The notes: a model not told the origin generated them from the sequence alone. Counted from the whole stretch's first letter, positions 11,376 through 24,003 are shown. The stretch: 63,007 nucleotides of DNA, filler included, from Sphacelaria rigidula (GCA_964200075.2; 11 parts of 11 records of this genome joined end to end with filler, not necessarily neighbours in it), one strand, 5' to 3'. A program made the numbers and translations.

Positions 11376-13489
11376 NNNNNNNNNNNNNNNNNNNNNNNNN
11401 NNNNNNNNNNNNNNNNNNNTTAATTAATTAANNNNNNNNNNNNNNNNNNNNNNNNNNNNNNNNNNNNNNNNNNNNCGTGCTCCCTCCCGCCTGTGTAGGG
11501 TACGGCGGCCCATGGGCTTATCACTTTGGCATCCATGTTCCAGAGTACCCACCCCCCCCCCCCTCCCCCTCTAGTGAAAATTTTGATCAATGCCACACCC
11601 GTTGATAAGTTTTATTGCATACCCTGGCCGCGTCTCACCAATCAATGCCTATGGTTGCTTGTGTCTGATAAGACAATACCTCCGTTACAATCGAGGCAAG
11701 CATGTAAGAGTGCTCACAAGGTCTTGAAAAGTTTAAGATGGTTCATGACTGATTGGTGTACTGTAACGGTTGCTGCTCCGGCGGGTCGGCGGTAATGGCC
11801 AGTCTATCGCTGAGCGTGATTGGGAGTTAAACGGGCGGAAATACAAACTTCTGGAGTCCGGTGTGACTGCGTGAAGTAGATAGTCTCACTGTTTTCGTAC
11901 TGTAGGATCACTCAAGGAGTATATTTGCGTTTGATTCAGTTTATCGTGCGAAACACATGGATCGCGGGGCTACGGGAGATGCCTGTTGTATGGTGGCCCC
12001 TTCCACACTGTGGCACGTGCGATATCCCACATTGGTGCCTACATCGAGATACCCTCCATCCCTTTTCGCCCCCCCCAACCCTTTCGATGGCATGCAAAAT
12101 CATGAACACACTCCAACCCTTTCAGTCAATCAGCAATCGTTTCTAGTCATCGGTTTCCACATTGAGGTTTTTGGTTGCGACCGATCTTTGGTATTCAATC
12201 GGATGGAGTCGATTCCCTTGTGAACTTAAGGAGCCGGTATCCCTCGTGGTCGAACTCAGGGAAACTGTTGTGACGGCAGGAGTCGCGTGCGATGGGCTGT
12301 CGATCCAACCATCGTGTCATATCTCCCTGACTTCCAACACAGCCCACTGAATAAGGCTCACCGTCTTCACCGCTCTCCCTTGCCTTCATCGAGTTTCATT
12401 CTTCACCGTGGTATTTTCGGTTGACTTCGCTGATAAGTCGTGTATCTTCGCCGCTTTGGCGCCGATCGACCACAATTGCCCCACATGAAGTTACCCCTGC
12501 CACTCATGTTCTTTTCACCGTCATGTTTTTCAATCGTCTTTAGATCTGCAGCTTCGGTGTCTACATATATGTAAGCTTCATGTGAGACAGGGAAGAAAGT
12601 ATTTGCCGTAAATACGCCGTTTTCTATACGATAACTTAATTCGTGTCCTCCGTCGGTGCCGGTGTATGTTCAGGTTGTGCCTTAACGTGCTGTACACGTA
12701 CACGTCGCCGCTGTTCCTTATATTCGTGTTCGCTCCTGTCTATATAAAATGCTCAGTATTTCTTGCATTGATTTCGTTGGGAGATGTAGTGTATCGGCGT
12801 CGGTGTGAGCGGGCCCTACAATCGTCACGCCGACTTGGGAAAAGCGATGGCGAAAAAGAGAAAGGGCTCCGCTTCAGCCGGTGGGTGTCTATCCGAAACT
12901 AACCCCTCCCCCCATTCCCCTTTTGAGTCAAACAGCGATAAGTTCTAGGGATTCCCCTTTTCTAGGGTGCGCTTTGGTTGCGAAAGTATGAGGCGGTCCC
13001 TCGGATGAACTCGGTTTCCTTGTGCGCTTGAAACGCAGACATCCCGTGCGTTCGTCCTTCGTGGATGGACGCCACATGGATCGATTCTGCCGAGTTCCAC
13101 CATTGACCGACCCCCCTTCCCCCCCCGTTTGTGTCAATTAGCAAGCATTGTAAATAGTATGGCGTCCTCCGCCTGCGTCGACACACAGTCATATTGTCTA
13201 CCCACATACTGTATACCGCCAGTCGTCGTCGTAGCTCGAACGCATCCGTTTTTTCCATGCTCGTTGCCGTGATCACGTGCGTTGGACGTTCGCCATTGAG
13301 TTTATCTGACCAGGTGTGAAATCCGCTGGTAAGATGCATTATGTTGCCTTTGTGTGTGCCTGTATATCGTGGGGTTGGTAGCGGTAGTGTCGTGCACCAT
13401 TGCGACCGCACGCCGTCCCCTGCGCAATAAATTGGGAGTTTTCTGGAGACCGCACCGCACCCTGTCGGGAGTGAGTAAGAAAATAGAAG

Positions 13490-14058
13490 GGGCAATGGCC
13501 TAGAAACGGTGTACCTTCTCGTTTTATGCCTAGGAAAGGTACGGAAAATGGCCAGAAACGCGAAAACAGCAAAACACGCCATTTTGACCGTTTTCGCTCC
13601 GAATTTTTCGCGCACATCATTCGGGGGGGCCACTGCTACCCGGGCCCCGAAAACAAAAAAGAAAAATAACATGTTACTCGCGATGTGCCGTATCAGGTAC
13701 AGTGTAGAAAGCGATGTCCTAGCACAGGTACGTTCTCGGCCGATCGGTGGCCCAGATAAGGTACGATTGAAAAAATCCTAGATCAGGTTTACCTGGCCGA
13801 AATTTGGCCTAGAATGGGCAAGCGGTTTCTGGAGGCGAGACGTCCGTTTTCGCGTGGCCATATCTCGCGAGTAACATGTTTTTTCTTCGTTTTTTTTCGG
13901 GGCCCGGGTGCCAATGGCCCCCCCGAATGATGCGCGTGAAAAGTTCGGAGCGAAAACGATAAAAATGGCGTGTTTCCCTGTTTTCGCGTTTCTGGCCATT
14001 TTCCGTACTTTCCCTAGGCAAAAAAACGATAAGGTATACATTTTCTAGGTCATTACCC
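13490..14058. mobile_element. Mutator-like (MULE) foldback MITE, 569 bp, ~200-bp TIRs
   Basis: Arms ~13490-13689 and ~13857-14058 are reverse complements (GGGCAATGGCCTAGAAA... / ...TTTCTAGGTCATTACCC). Flanks AAATAGAAG and ACATAGAGG match at 7 of 9 positions, consistent with a decayed 9-bp TSD. Confidence 0.8.
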
Positions 14059-15443
14059 ACATAGAGGCTCACCCGAGCAGTTGTTTGTGTTTGCTGGAAC
14101 GCTCCCGCAGCTGGTAGGCGGCTTGCAGGTGCCTTCATGCTGCTTGAATAATGGTTTCTACACAAGATGTAAATTTTTCCTACAATGCCAAAAATGGGGA
14201 GGGAGGGAGGGAGGGAGGGAGGGGGAGTATTGTGCAAGAACTGAGAGATGCGCCACCTCTTGCTTTGCCCCTGCTTTTATCGTACTCAGGGTTCAACAAC
14301 TGCGCATCCGCTGGTGCCCACCCCGATCGTTTTGCCCCTCCAAGATCCTTTCTTCGCACCGCACTCTCTCTGACTGTCGCAAAACAAGCATTTGGTACCG
14401 CCGCAAAAGGTTCTTCAACGTCTGAGCTGTCAGGCGCCGTTTTTGTGCCCTTGTAGTTCATGCCCTACACAAGAAATATCTGAGCCTCGTATTAACAGCG
14501 GTGCGCTTATGCGATATGCTGCAGAGTCAGTTAGCCATAGCGCCGAACCGGCGCACGTCGGAGCAAAAGAATGCAGCAATGAAAAATGAACCCCTCGCTC
14601 CTTATTTTGTGGTCTTATCGTACGGCTCGACTTCTACTGCTTGTTCTCGTACTTGTGGAATCCTCTGAGGAAGTCATCTATTTGAACTTGTATATTTTTT
14701 CCGCGCTTGAGAAGTCTGCTGATGGTGTGAAAAACGCTTCATCCATGGTGAGCAATAGACCCGCCCGCGCTCGCTCGATGGGAATGGTAAGTGACATCGC
14801 CCTTCCCCCCCTTCTTATCTGTATGCACCCTTGCTGCACGCTATTAAAGCTCAAGATGAATCAACGCACGAGGCAAGGGGGCTTGCAACGACCACGTGGG
14901 CGGCGGTGGGTTCAGGGTGAAGGTCCTCGCCCCCACGAGAGCCCTCAGGAAACGCCCTGTCGTCATGCTGCCATTCAAGTTGCCCAAATGCCCGCAGAAG
15001 GACGGCGCCAGGGTGGAGTGGTCGCAGGAGAGATGGGTCTTCGATGGGAAGGACGGCAGGAGGACGTAAGCGGTGGCAGGGATGAAGTTCCAGCGGCGGA
15101 GATACACGCCGTAGCTGAGATGATCCTATCCAGGGACCACATAGGGGTAGAGTTTACAACGCAAGGCCAAGAGATGTCATTCTTCGGCAGTAAGAACGCC
15201 AGTCTCCTGCTCCAACGAAACCAACATGGTTTCTCGGAGTTGATGGAACGTCAGGAGGGAGCGGGAACATGGCGAGGAGGCTGACTTCAATGTCGACTCC
15301 AATGACGGAGTGACCTGCTAAAGGAAGAACTCAGTGTGAATATAGAAGACACCTGAGAAGTGCTGCGCTGTGGTTGAACAGTTCGGGGGCTATGATGTGG
15401 CAGGCTGTGACGACCATGCCTTAGGCGAATATGTATGTTCCAT

Positions 15444-15741
15444 GCCCCTGTGGTCTAATGGTACTAATACCATTAAGGTGGAAAGAACGCGGGCGCGATT
15501 CCCACCAGATGCGTTTGCGTTTTCTTTCCAGTTATGTGATTTCCGCTGATGAAGGCGTGAGAACATAGGTGGAATAAAGAGGTCGTTCGACTAAGTTTGT
15601 TCGACGCGAGCGACGTGGTGCAGGAGTGCTGGTGATCATCCAATCAACGACACTAAACTGCAAGGACTGTGCCGGAGAGAGACGGATTTATCCCTTGAGA
15701 CCACGGACTCGTCCCCAGAAAGGGGACGAGTTGAAAGTGGA
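15444..15741 (+). mobile_element. tRNA-derived SINE family 2
   Basis: A-box-like TGGTCTAATGG and degenerate B box (GCGCGATTCCC). 3' part ATCCCTTGAGACCACGGACTCGTCCC is shared with 20527-20803 and 52868-52953. Confidence 0.65.
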
Positions 15742-17012
15742 CTCGGAAACAAGAACGCCAAGCAGCCATGATAGCCTGCCACGTGTGCGCGCCTAGAATC
15801 ACCGACGCTGCCGCGTGGTTGATCTAACACCGTGTATCCTGAGTTGATAAACGCGGAGGTCCATGAGGCTGTATCGGCAATGTATTCCGTTGTACGTCGG
15901 TGTGGCTTGGTAGTTGTTTGCTTTTCGTTAATGTTCGGCGTTTGGTCTTCGGCTGATGTTCTCGTCTTAGGACAGAATATCGCATTGAAAAGTTGGCCAC
16001 GTCCATCACGAATAACCAGCATCACAACGGCGGGCAAGAAACGCGGGGTGGGAAGGAAGAGTTGTACTCATATATTGCCAAGGCTTGGTTCAAACATAAG
16101 GGTTGGGATTATGTTGGTTCGCTACGCGTTGGTGCCCGCGTGTCTCGGGTTGTGGATGCCTACAAAAGTAGGCGGCCGCGGGGGGCAACCGAGATTTGCT
16201 GGCTCCTTCTCTGACCGGAGGAAAGGAATATATTTTTCGCACTTGAATTTCTCGGCTGTGTTCCTTCCACCCGACGGTGTTGGAGATGAGTTCCAGGAGG
16301 GGCAAGAACTCCACAAGCCCCTGATGGCGGGTAGCTACGATACCACGAGGGAATCCAGTAGTCACGAGATACGCCGAGAACCACCAGTGCATAGATAGGC
16401 ATCAAACTCTTGTTTCCAATGATCGGTGTAAATTGTTATGATATGTTCCACAACTTCCAAAGTAGAGACCCTTGCAGGTCCGGTTGGCCTTCCACTTCGG
16501 GAGCTTTTTTATTTTACATCACATGAAAATAAAACACAACCCTCTAGAATGTGCGGGGAGTGGCTGGCGGGAAACACCCGCTGATAGTCCCGCCACCCGT
16601 CTCGTGGATCTCACACACCTCGAACTCACTCCACACACCGTTATTGCCACTAACTGTAGGCGCACTTGCCCTTGTACCTTGCTGCTTCGTAAACACCGAA
16701 CCATCCCACCTGACCGTCCCACAAGGGATCAGGCCTCATATGTTTCGAAATGGCTTCGATAAACTTCAACAACCATAAAAGTATGGGAAAGTCCTGTCCG
16801 CTCTTACACAAAGACTCGATTCTTCCCAGGATTGAACTTTTTTTTGCAGTTGCTTCAGAATTTTTTCACATGATGCACTCCCGCCCCTTCCCCCCGTTGG
16901 AGTTTTCAATGTCAGTCATTGGCAACGACTACTATCTATCGTAGGTTATCGTAAACAAGTGAGAAATCATTTGAGTGTTCCAGAAATGGTCTGCGGTATA
17001 TTCTGCGGTACA

Positions 17013-17112
17013 TTATGTTTCCAGAACAAGTTGTCGGGTGATTTATCGGGATATTATCGGTTATCGGATAATATCCCGATAAATCACCCGACAACTTGTT
17101 CTGGAAACATAA
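17013..17112. repeat. Perfect inverted repeat (46-bp arms, 8-nt loop) at the contig end
   Basis: TTATGTTTCCAGAACAAGTTGTCGGGTGATTTATCGGGATATTATC - GGTTATCG - exact reverse complement running to the last base of the contig. Confidence 0.92.
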
Positions 17113-17212
17113 NNNNNNNNNNNNNNNNNNNNNNNNNNNNNNNNNNNNNNNNNNNNTTAATTAATTAANNNNNNNNNNNNNNNNNNNNNNNNNNNNNNNN
17201 NNNNNNNNNNNN

Positions 17213-17457
17213 CACGTGCAGCCGCGGCACGATATACTACAGACTGCACAGCAAAAATATGAGGCGTAATAATCAGGTGGTCGACAACTACACCATCGTC
17301 TGTGTTTTGACTCTCACAACCATGTGCCTCTTATGCACTCCCGGTCCCTTCCGCCGTAAAGTAGGCGTTTCGAGTTGTGACAAAGGAATGATTCTGAACC
17401 CAAAGAGTGGAGTGTCTACCTCAGTCTACTAGCGGGGGGTCGCTGTCGAAGGGTTAA
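17213..17457 (-). mobile_element. Terminus of a piggyBac-like element (TTAA|CCCTTCGACAGCGACC...)
   Basis: Reverse complement matches 62396-62641 over ~245 bp; both copies begin TTAA-CCCTT. Confidence 0.7.
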
Positions 17458-18059
17458 AAGCGGCTAAAAGTTGCTCACACCACAGCCTTCGCAGTTTCTC
17501 GAATGAACCCGATGTAAGCCCACCACTGTGAACTGCAGACCCACCTCATGACAGAGGACTGCGTCGCTGTTTGATTGGCGTCGTATTGCGGATGACGTTA
17601 TTGTACTGCATGGAGTACGGGGTGCGCCTCATATCGCTGGGCGATAGCGTGTCGGAGTGTTGTTGTTTTTTTCATGCGGTGGGTTCACGTCAGCTATCGC
17701 CCCGCACCGGGTATTAGTGGGGTGCAGCAGCGTCACGCAAAGCGTTGCACGCACGGCCCAATTCGACGACTCTTGAGCTAAAATTTCACGAAGATCTTCT
17801 GCACCCAAGGATATGATACGTCCCGTGAGCAGCTGCAGATTTTCATTTTTTAGCTGGACTCATGACATTATCTTGTTTTTCCTCAAGTTTCAAATCCCCA
17901 TAACTTCCTGTTTTTTTTTTCCTTGCTGCTCACGTGATGTTCTGCACGTTGACCGTAAAACTTGCTGTAAAAAATTCAGCGTCCAACTCTTAATATCACG
18001 CCGTGCATCACCTGAGCGAGAAAACCACCCATTGTTGGCCGGCCCAGCTCGTACCCATC

Positions 18060-19655
18060 ACACGTTCACGTCCATGTTAGGTTCATCACGTCTGTAACAT
18101 TTAACGTTCACGTTACGTTTCGTTTGGCACGTTGAAAAAATATCAAGTTACGTGAACGTTTCATTTGAAAATATAACGGTCTTCATCACGTTAAAAATAA
18201 ATAACGTAACGTTTCGTTACACGTAACGTATTATGGAATAAACGTTTCAATGTCAGGTGTAACGTCTAATATAACGTTTCATTCTGTGCATATCGCGACT
18301 TAGTTACCAGTGTTTAAGCCGTTGTACCGTTTCATGTAACGTGAGACGTTACCGTGTATGTTACGCTGACGGTGGACCGTCGTATGTTTGAGCATTGGCG
18401 CATTGTATCGTTCATTCTTTTTTGACCGTTATTTTTTCATATATTTTCTTTTCTCATTTTTTTCTCCCTTCAATTTTTAATTTTCGAATGCTTGGTCATT
18501 TGCGCGACAGGATATACTGTACACACAACAGATCGTGAACATGATTGAGCACCGGCTATTTGACGTTACACGCGCATTAGACTTTACACGTTACATGAAA
18601 CGTCATAAACACGTACAGGTAACATGAAGCGGTGCACACTCCAAGCTTGCAAATGCAATGATTTTTGGAATCCTAGAAGATTGTGCTTGAAAAACACGAA
18701 TGGGTCTGAATGACCATGGTATAGGACATACGATTTCAGCAAGTTCGTGCGTTCTGCGCCACAGCACACATTACCTGCAGGCAACGGCCGAGATTGGCTG
18801 GAGGCTGCGGCACCCCCTAGTTGTGGAGCCGCCGATTCCCCCCCCCTGGATCCATGTCATGTACTCGTTGCCCGTGAACGTGACGTGAATGGGTACGTTA
18901 CACCCGGTCTCTTCTCTTCGATTGATACGAATGTGGTCAAGATGACTACGATGTTATGATGCTGTGCTGCAACAATGAACTGTAATGTGTACTGTGGCGC
19001 GGAGCGCGCGAACTTGCTGAAATACCATGTCCTGATTCATTGATTGTTTGTTTGACTATCTCACATTAACTGATTGCAACAACCCAGCCCGTTGTCAGGA
19101 ACAGCAGAAAAAAACAGAATGAGGAAGAAGGCAAGGAACAACCGCCACAGAAAGGAAAGAAGAAAGGAAGTAGCGACAACAACAACAACAACAACAAACA
19201 CAAGCAACACAGCGAGATGGTTACCTTGCATTACGTAGCTGATTGCAACACTCCAGCCCGCGATCGGAAAAACAGAAGAGAAAATGGAGAAAGATGAAAA
19301 AAATAAAAGAATAAAACGTAGAGTCCTACACCATGGTCATTCAATCTCACCCGTGTTTATTGAAGCATATTCTTCTGCGATTTCAGATTTCGTTGCAAAC
19401 TTGAAGTGTACGCCGCTTCATGTAACGTGTAATAGATGTTACACGTTCCATGAAACGTTTCATATTACGTGTTTTGAACGTTTGGACAATTCAACGTTCA
19501 CGTTCCATTTCGTTTGGCACTTGAAAAGAATTAACGGTAGGTCAACGTTCCATTTGAAAATGTAACGGTTACGTTACGTTACGTTCATCACGTAGGAAAA
19601 ATGAATGTTCACGTTACGTGTAACGCTGTGGCAGGTGTAACGTGTATAGCCCTGG
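18060..19655. repeat. Region of AACGT/TTACGT-rich non-autonomous repeat remnants
   Basis: Homologous blocks at ~18100-18270 and ~19494-19645 (AACGTTCACGTT...CGTTTGGCAC.TTGAAAA...CATTTGAAAAT.TAACGGT), with inverted homology between ~18585-18730 and ~19330-19460. Confidence 0.55.
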
Positions 19656-20526
19656 TAAATACCTGGGTATTTACTCTTACGAAGTTTAATCTCCATGGAT
19701 CGATCTCCAAACTACCATGTGCCCAAATATTGAGTAGAATTATGCGCGATGACAATACTCTACCCAATCTCCGGGTATTGTTGAGTATGATAAGAATAAT
19801 CTACCCACTTTTTGAGTACTTTGAGTACGATTTTTTCAAACACCCAAATGCAGGAAATACCCTACCCAAAATACCCTTGCACACAACCCAGCACACTGAC
19901 ATATCAACCGAGAACACACAGGTCGAGCCAAATCTGCTTATCAGCTGAGGACGTTTTGCGGGACCTTTCTCAAATCGGCTTCGGATTCGACGAGAAACGA
20001 TTATTTGTGTGAGACGCGCACACAGCGCGAACACACAAGGGGTCAGCGACGGCACGTTTTCGGTTGTAATTTGACGAGGTGGGTTCACCTCAGTTCGCTT
20101 CCAAATGATCCATGGTTGACACATTTTTTAAATCACGCGAACCCTAGCCTCCAAGGACTAATTTTCACGGCCTGGAAAAGGCAGCGGAGAGCACTGTAAG
20201 CGTCCGAAAACAGCATGTTGATGGGTCGCCGCGACATCACGCTGCGGGATGCCCAGTTAGCATGCTGCTTTTGGACACTTGATTTGCCCTTCGCTGTTTT
20301 TTTCAGCCCTAGTGTGACACGGGCTATTCCCAACCCAAGGCGTAACGAGAACCCCCCGGCAACGGAGGTGGACAGCGAGCCGCAGGCAAACTGTGCGTTG
20401 GCGAATCTCAGATCAGCGCCAATTTGTATAGAAACGCGTTCGGCGGCCGCTAGGAGCACTTGAGACTCTCAGCCCCACTGAAGATCCGAATATTGGTACT
20501 CTGACTCAGATCAAGCAATATTACAG

Positions 20527-20803
20527 TTTTTTTTTTGCTCACACTTTTAACTCCTCCCCTTCCTCGGGATGAATCCGTAGTCTCAAGGGATCAACCCATC
20601 TCTCCCCCCGTACGCGCCTTTCATATTGGTCTCGCGGATTGGGCCATGACTATCAGCACTCCCGCACCGCGTCAACTCACGTCGTTCTCACGCTTTCCAC
20701 GGTGGGAATCACACATTACGAAGAAAAAACCTAACGCATCGGGAATTGAACCCCCGTTCCCTCTACCCTAATGGCGACAGTCGGACCATCACACCACCGG
20801 GGC
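20527..20803 (-). mobile_element. tRNA-derived SINE family 2, apparently full length with poly(A) tail
   Basis: Minus strand reads GCCCCGGTGGTGTGATGG (A box) ... GGTTCAATTCC (B box) ... GATCCCTTGAGACTACGGATTCATCCCGAGGAAGG...AAAAGTGTGAGC then A10. Confidence 0.8.
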
Positions 20804-20879
20804 GCGGCGGCATCTCAAACTTGAGATTTCCGATATACAGGTTGGTTCAGGGTGAACGACCGGAATTTACTCCCCAGCG

Positions 20880-21076
20880 ATTGCTCACGCCGTTTTTGGA
20901 ATTACATCCTGAAATTTTGCGTACGGGTGCTCTGAGTACACCCCCTTCTGGGACCCCGGATATCTGGCGAAAAAAGAAAAAGGTCGAAAGAACCCATTTA
21001 TACGACCCTTCTAAATATCTCAGAGCACCCGTATGCATAATTTTAGGGTTGAACTCCGAAAAATGGCGTGGGCAAT
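20880..21076. mobile_element. MITE-like inverted repeat (~57-bp imperfect arms)
   Basis: ATTGCTCACGCCGTTTTTGGA...TACGGGTGCTCTGAG pairs with CTCAGAGCACCCGTA...AAAAATGGCGTGGGCAAT. True ends and TSD not resolved. Confidence 0.6.
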
Positions 21077-21392
21077 TGGCCATTTGTGCCTTGAAGCATA
21101 TTCGGAACCCTCCTAGTTACTTGACTATAGTATGCTACGAGGTTTTTCTTGTGCGTTTGAGCTTAAATTGGCCGTTTGGCATCAGATTTTCGATTCACGC
21201 AACGAAACTTTGCATATCCCTTGGACTACCTCGGGACGAGTCCATTTTTCTTTCTTCATTTTGAAGCAGATTGTACCGACTTCTGAGGGTCCTCAGGCTG
21301 GGACCCCCGGAAGCCGGTAGAAAGCGGATAAACCTTAACATATTCTTCCACGTTTCCTTTTCCCATGCGTAGCCCCCATAGCTACCATACTG

Positions 21393-21933
21393 TAGGCCCT
21401 GACTTCTACGGCATGCCGAAGGTGGGTCTGACGCAAACCGTCTAAGGCACGTCTCAGGCAAGATAGTTGACCTCAGGCAACTGCTAAGGCATACCTTACC
21501 CCGTATTCATACCTGAAATGCCTTAGTTTATAGCTCGGGATGCCTGAGGCTTACCTTAGACTTGTCTTAGACTTGCCTTAGACAATCACTCCGGTTACCC
21601 GAATAATTGAAGTGGGCGTTGTCATGACCTTGACTCTTAGTTATTGTTTTTTTAGTATATTGTGTTTGTCTTTGTCAAATAAGGCATAAAACACCCTATC
21701 AGGCAACCCCTTTTCGAAAAGGGGCTTTAAGGCAAAAAGTAAAACCCCGGTATCCCGACTAATTGGAGTTGGCGTCGTCATTCGTGCGCCTTACTTCCAT
21801 TCTTTGCTGTAGTATATGTGTTTGCCTCGCCCAGACAAGGCATCTCAGGCGCCATAACCCCCTCTCAGGCAACCCCTTTCTGAAAAGGGGCTCTAAGGCA
21901 AAAAGTAAGGCATGCCTTAGAAGTCAGGGCCTA
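21393..21933. mobile_element. hAT-type MITE, 541 bp
   Basis: 25-bp TIR TAGGCCCTGACTTCTA(C/A)GGCATGCC with one mismatch; perfect 8-bp TSD CCATACTG (21385-21392 and 21934-21941); many internal AGGCA/TGCCT motifs. Confidence 0.92.
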
Positions 21934-22147
21934 CCATACTGCCAAGTTTAAGGATGATCGAAAGTTACAAGGGGAAACATAAAGAGGCCTTCTAGATTTA
22001 TCAGTGGGAATCGGACGACGCCAAAACCCCACATCACCGAAATACCACGTTTTGTGGTATAACTCGACCCTACAAACCGTTTTTGGATCTGCGTTTGCCT
22101 TAGATTCCCCAGATAACGGCGGTTACTAATGTTTCACAGGTCGGACA

Positions 22148-22503
22148 GCTCATGAGCTAGCTCATCTGCGAGCTGTAGCTCACGTGTAATCAAACATGTA
22201 CATGCGAGCCACGTCCGGTAGCTCACCTGGGGCAAACGTGCGTAGCTCATGTAGCTCTCATTGTTCACCCAGGGCGAATATGAGCTCTTGAGCTACGGGT
22301 TGGTAGCTCACCCAGGACAAACGTGCGTGGCTAATGCAGCTCTCATAACTCACCCGAGGCGAATATGAGCTGATGAGCCAAGGGCTGGTAGTTCACCTCG
22401 GGCAAACATGCGTAGCTCATGTAGCTCACCCAGGGAAGACATATGCGGATGAGCTACTCTCAATAGCTCACCCAAGGCAAACATGTGTAGCTCACGTAGC
22501 TCT
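22148..22503. repeat. Degenerate ~85-bp tandem repeat rich in TAGCTCA/TGAGCTA
   Basis: GGTAGCTCACC.GG.CAAACGTGCGT.GCT...GCGAATATGAGCT recurs at ~22217, ~22302 and ~22387. Confidence 0.75.
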
Positions 22504-22545
22504 TATACGCGCTGGGCCAGCCTAGAAGCGATTCTGTGGTTTGCA

Positions 22546-22814
22546 GGCCTATTATACGGCCAAAATTTGGAGTTGGACCCTGAAATTTGGTATGGGCAAT
22601 GAGTAGGGCACAATACAAAAAATTGCGAGTGCACACAAGTTTTTTGTTTCTTTTCCATGAGTTAGGGGCATTTTACCGATATCTGAAAACAATTATTGCC
22701 CTTCACTCATGAAAAAAAAACTCGTGCGCACTCGTGATTTTGTTTATTATGCCCTATTCATTGTTCATACCAAATTTCAGGGTCCAACTCCAAGTATTGG
22801 CCGTATAATGGGCC
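22546..22814. mobile_element. Palindromic foldback MITE, ~269 bp
   Basis: GGCCTATTATACGGCCAAAATTTGGAGTTGGACCCTGAAATTTGGTATG... is mirrored at the other end, with arms >100 bp. Related copy at 51873-52097. No clear TSD. Confidence 0.8.
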
Positions 22815-24003
22815 GTTTAGTGACAGGGTCAGAAGAAATTCGGAACAGTNNNNNNNNNNNNNNNNNNNNNNNNNNNNNNNNNNNNNNNNNNNNTTAATTA
22901 ATTAANNNNNNNNNNNNNNNNNNNNNNNNNNNNNNNNNNNNNNNNNNNNGGGCAATCAGGCCGAAGAAATCGTGGATTTGGTGATTCGTAGTCGTGATGA
23001 TTTGTCCTAACCGTGAAACTATGCAATTTGGTGATTGGGGATTTTTGGCAACGTTTCGCGTGCCACCACTCATCACAGTGGACGTTTCATCCCAACGTTT
23101 TAGGGGTTGGAAAATACGAGAATAGCATCCGCTTCACATTCCGAAGAAAAACACATCTGCACCAAATATTGAGCGACAAACGGGGTGACCGATTCTCGGG
23201 GGTCCTGCGAGTTTACAGTCCCAGGTTCTGGCTCTTCGATAGTGTTGCTCGATCGAACCACTCCCAATTGTTGTCGTGAACAACTATTTTTTGGACGAAT
23301 GACGGTCGATACCACCCCCTGATAAACGAGGTCTTACTCCATATCACCCCGACAACGCCAACTTCGTGAATTGTGTGTCCCGAGCACCATCGTTTGTTTT
23401 TTTTCTCAATCCCTATCGACTCCAGCGCTTTTGGATTGGTGATGAAGAATACAATATGTGACTTATTTGTCTCTGCATCGAACATAAATTCCGCCTAGTT
23501 TGCTTGCAGACTACTGTAGTGTATGTGAACGAAGATCAACTCGAGATTGAGCGACGACCCATTGCATATGTGCAGGGGAAAAATAAATGCATTAGTTGCA
23601 ATTGCAAAATAAAAGTCATGAATAGGGTCACAAAGGAGGGAGGTAAGCTTCGGGATGGAGGCGGTATACTAGTGCTCGCAACACAACAGAGGGCTGCTCG
23701 ACCATTACACAGCATCGGGATTACTGATGACTTTGCTCCAAACGATACCTTCGCGCCGCGCAACTGCTTATGTAAAAGCTCACGTACTCGTCTTATGACT
23801 TATAATATTTGGAGTAGTGCTCTGTCTCGAAATGGAGGTCAAATGGTGAAAATGACTGAGGCAAGCAACAAGTGTGTCCTTCGTCCCCCCCTCCCCCCCA
23901 GTGCTCCGTCTCGAAGGGGATGCGTGGTCAATGGTCAAACCACTAAGGCAAGCAACGAATGAATACCCTCCCCCCTCTCCAAGAAATCAGCATTAAGCCT
24001 CAC

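Noticed and set aside
13509..14041. Pair of similar ORFs on opposite strands (LGKVRKMARNAKT)
   Set aside because: They are simply the two arms of the inverted-repeat MITE.
14586..15284. 232-aa ORF as a real gene
   Set aside because: No recognisable motif or splice structure; cannot be supported by eye.
19930..20460. hAT dimerisation-domain remnant
   Set aside because: Resemblance is limited to a WK dipeptide; the ER.FS motif is not found.
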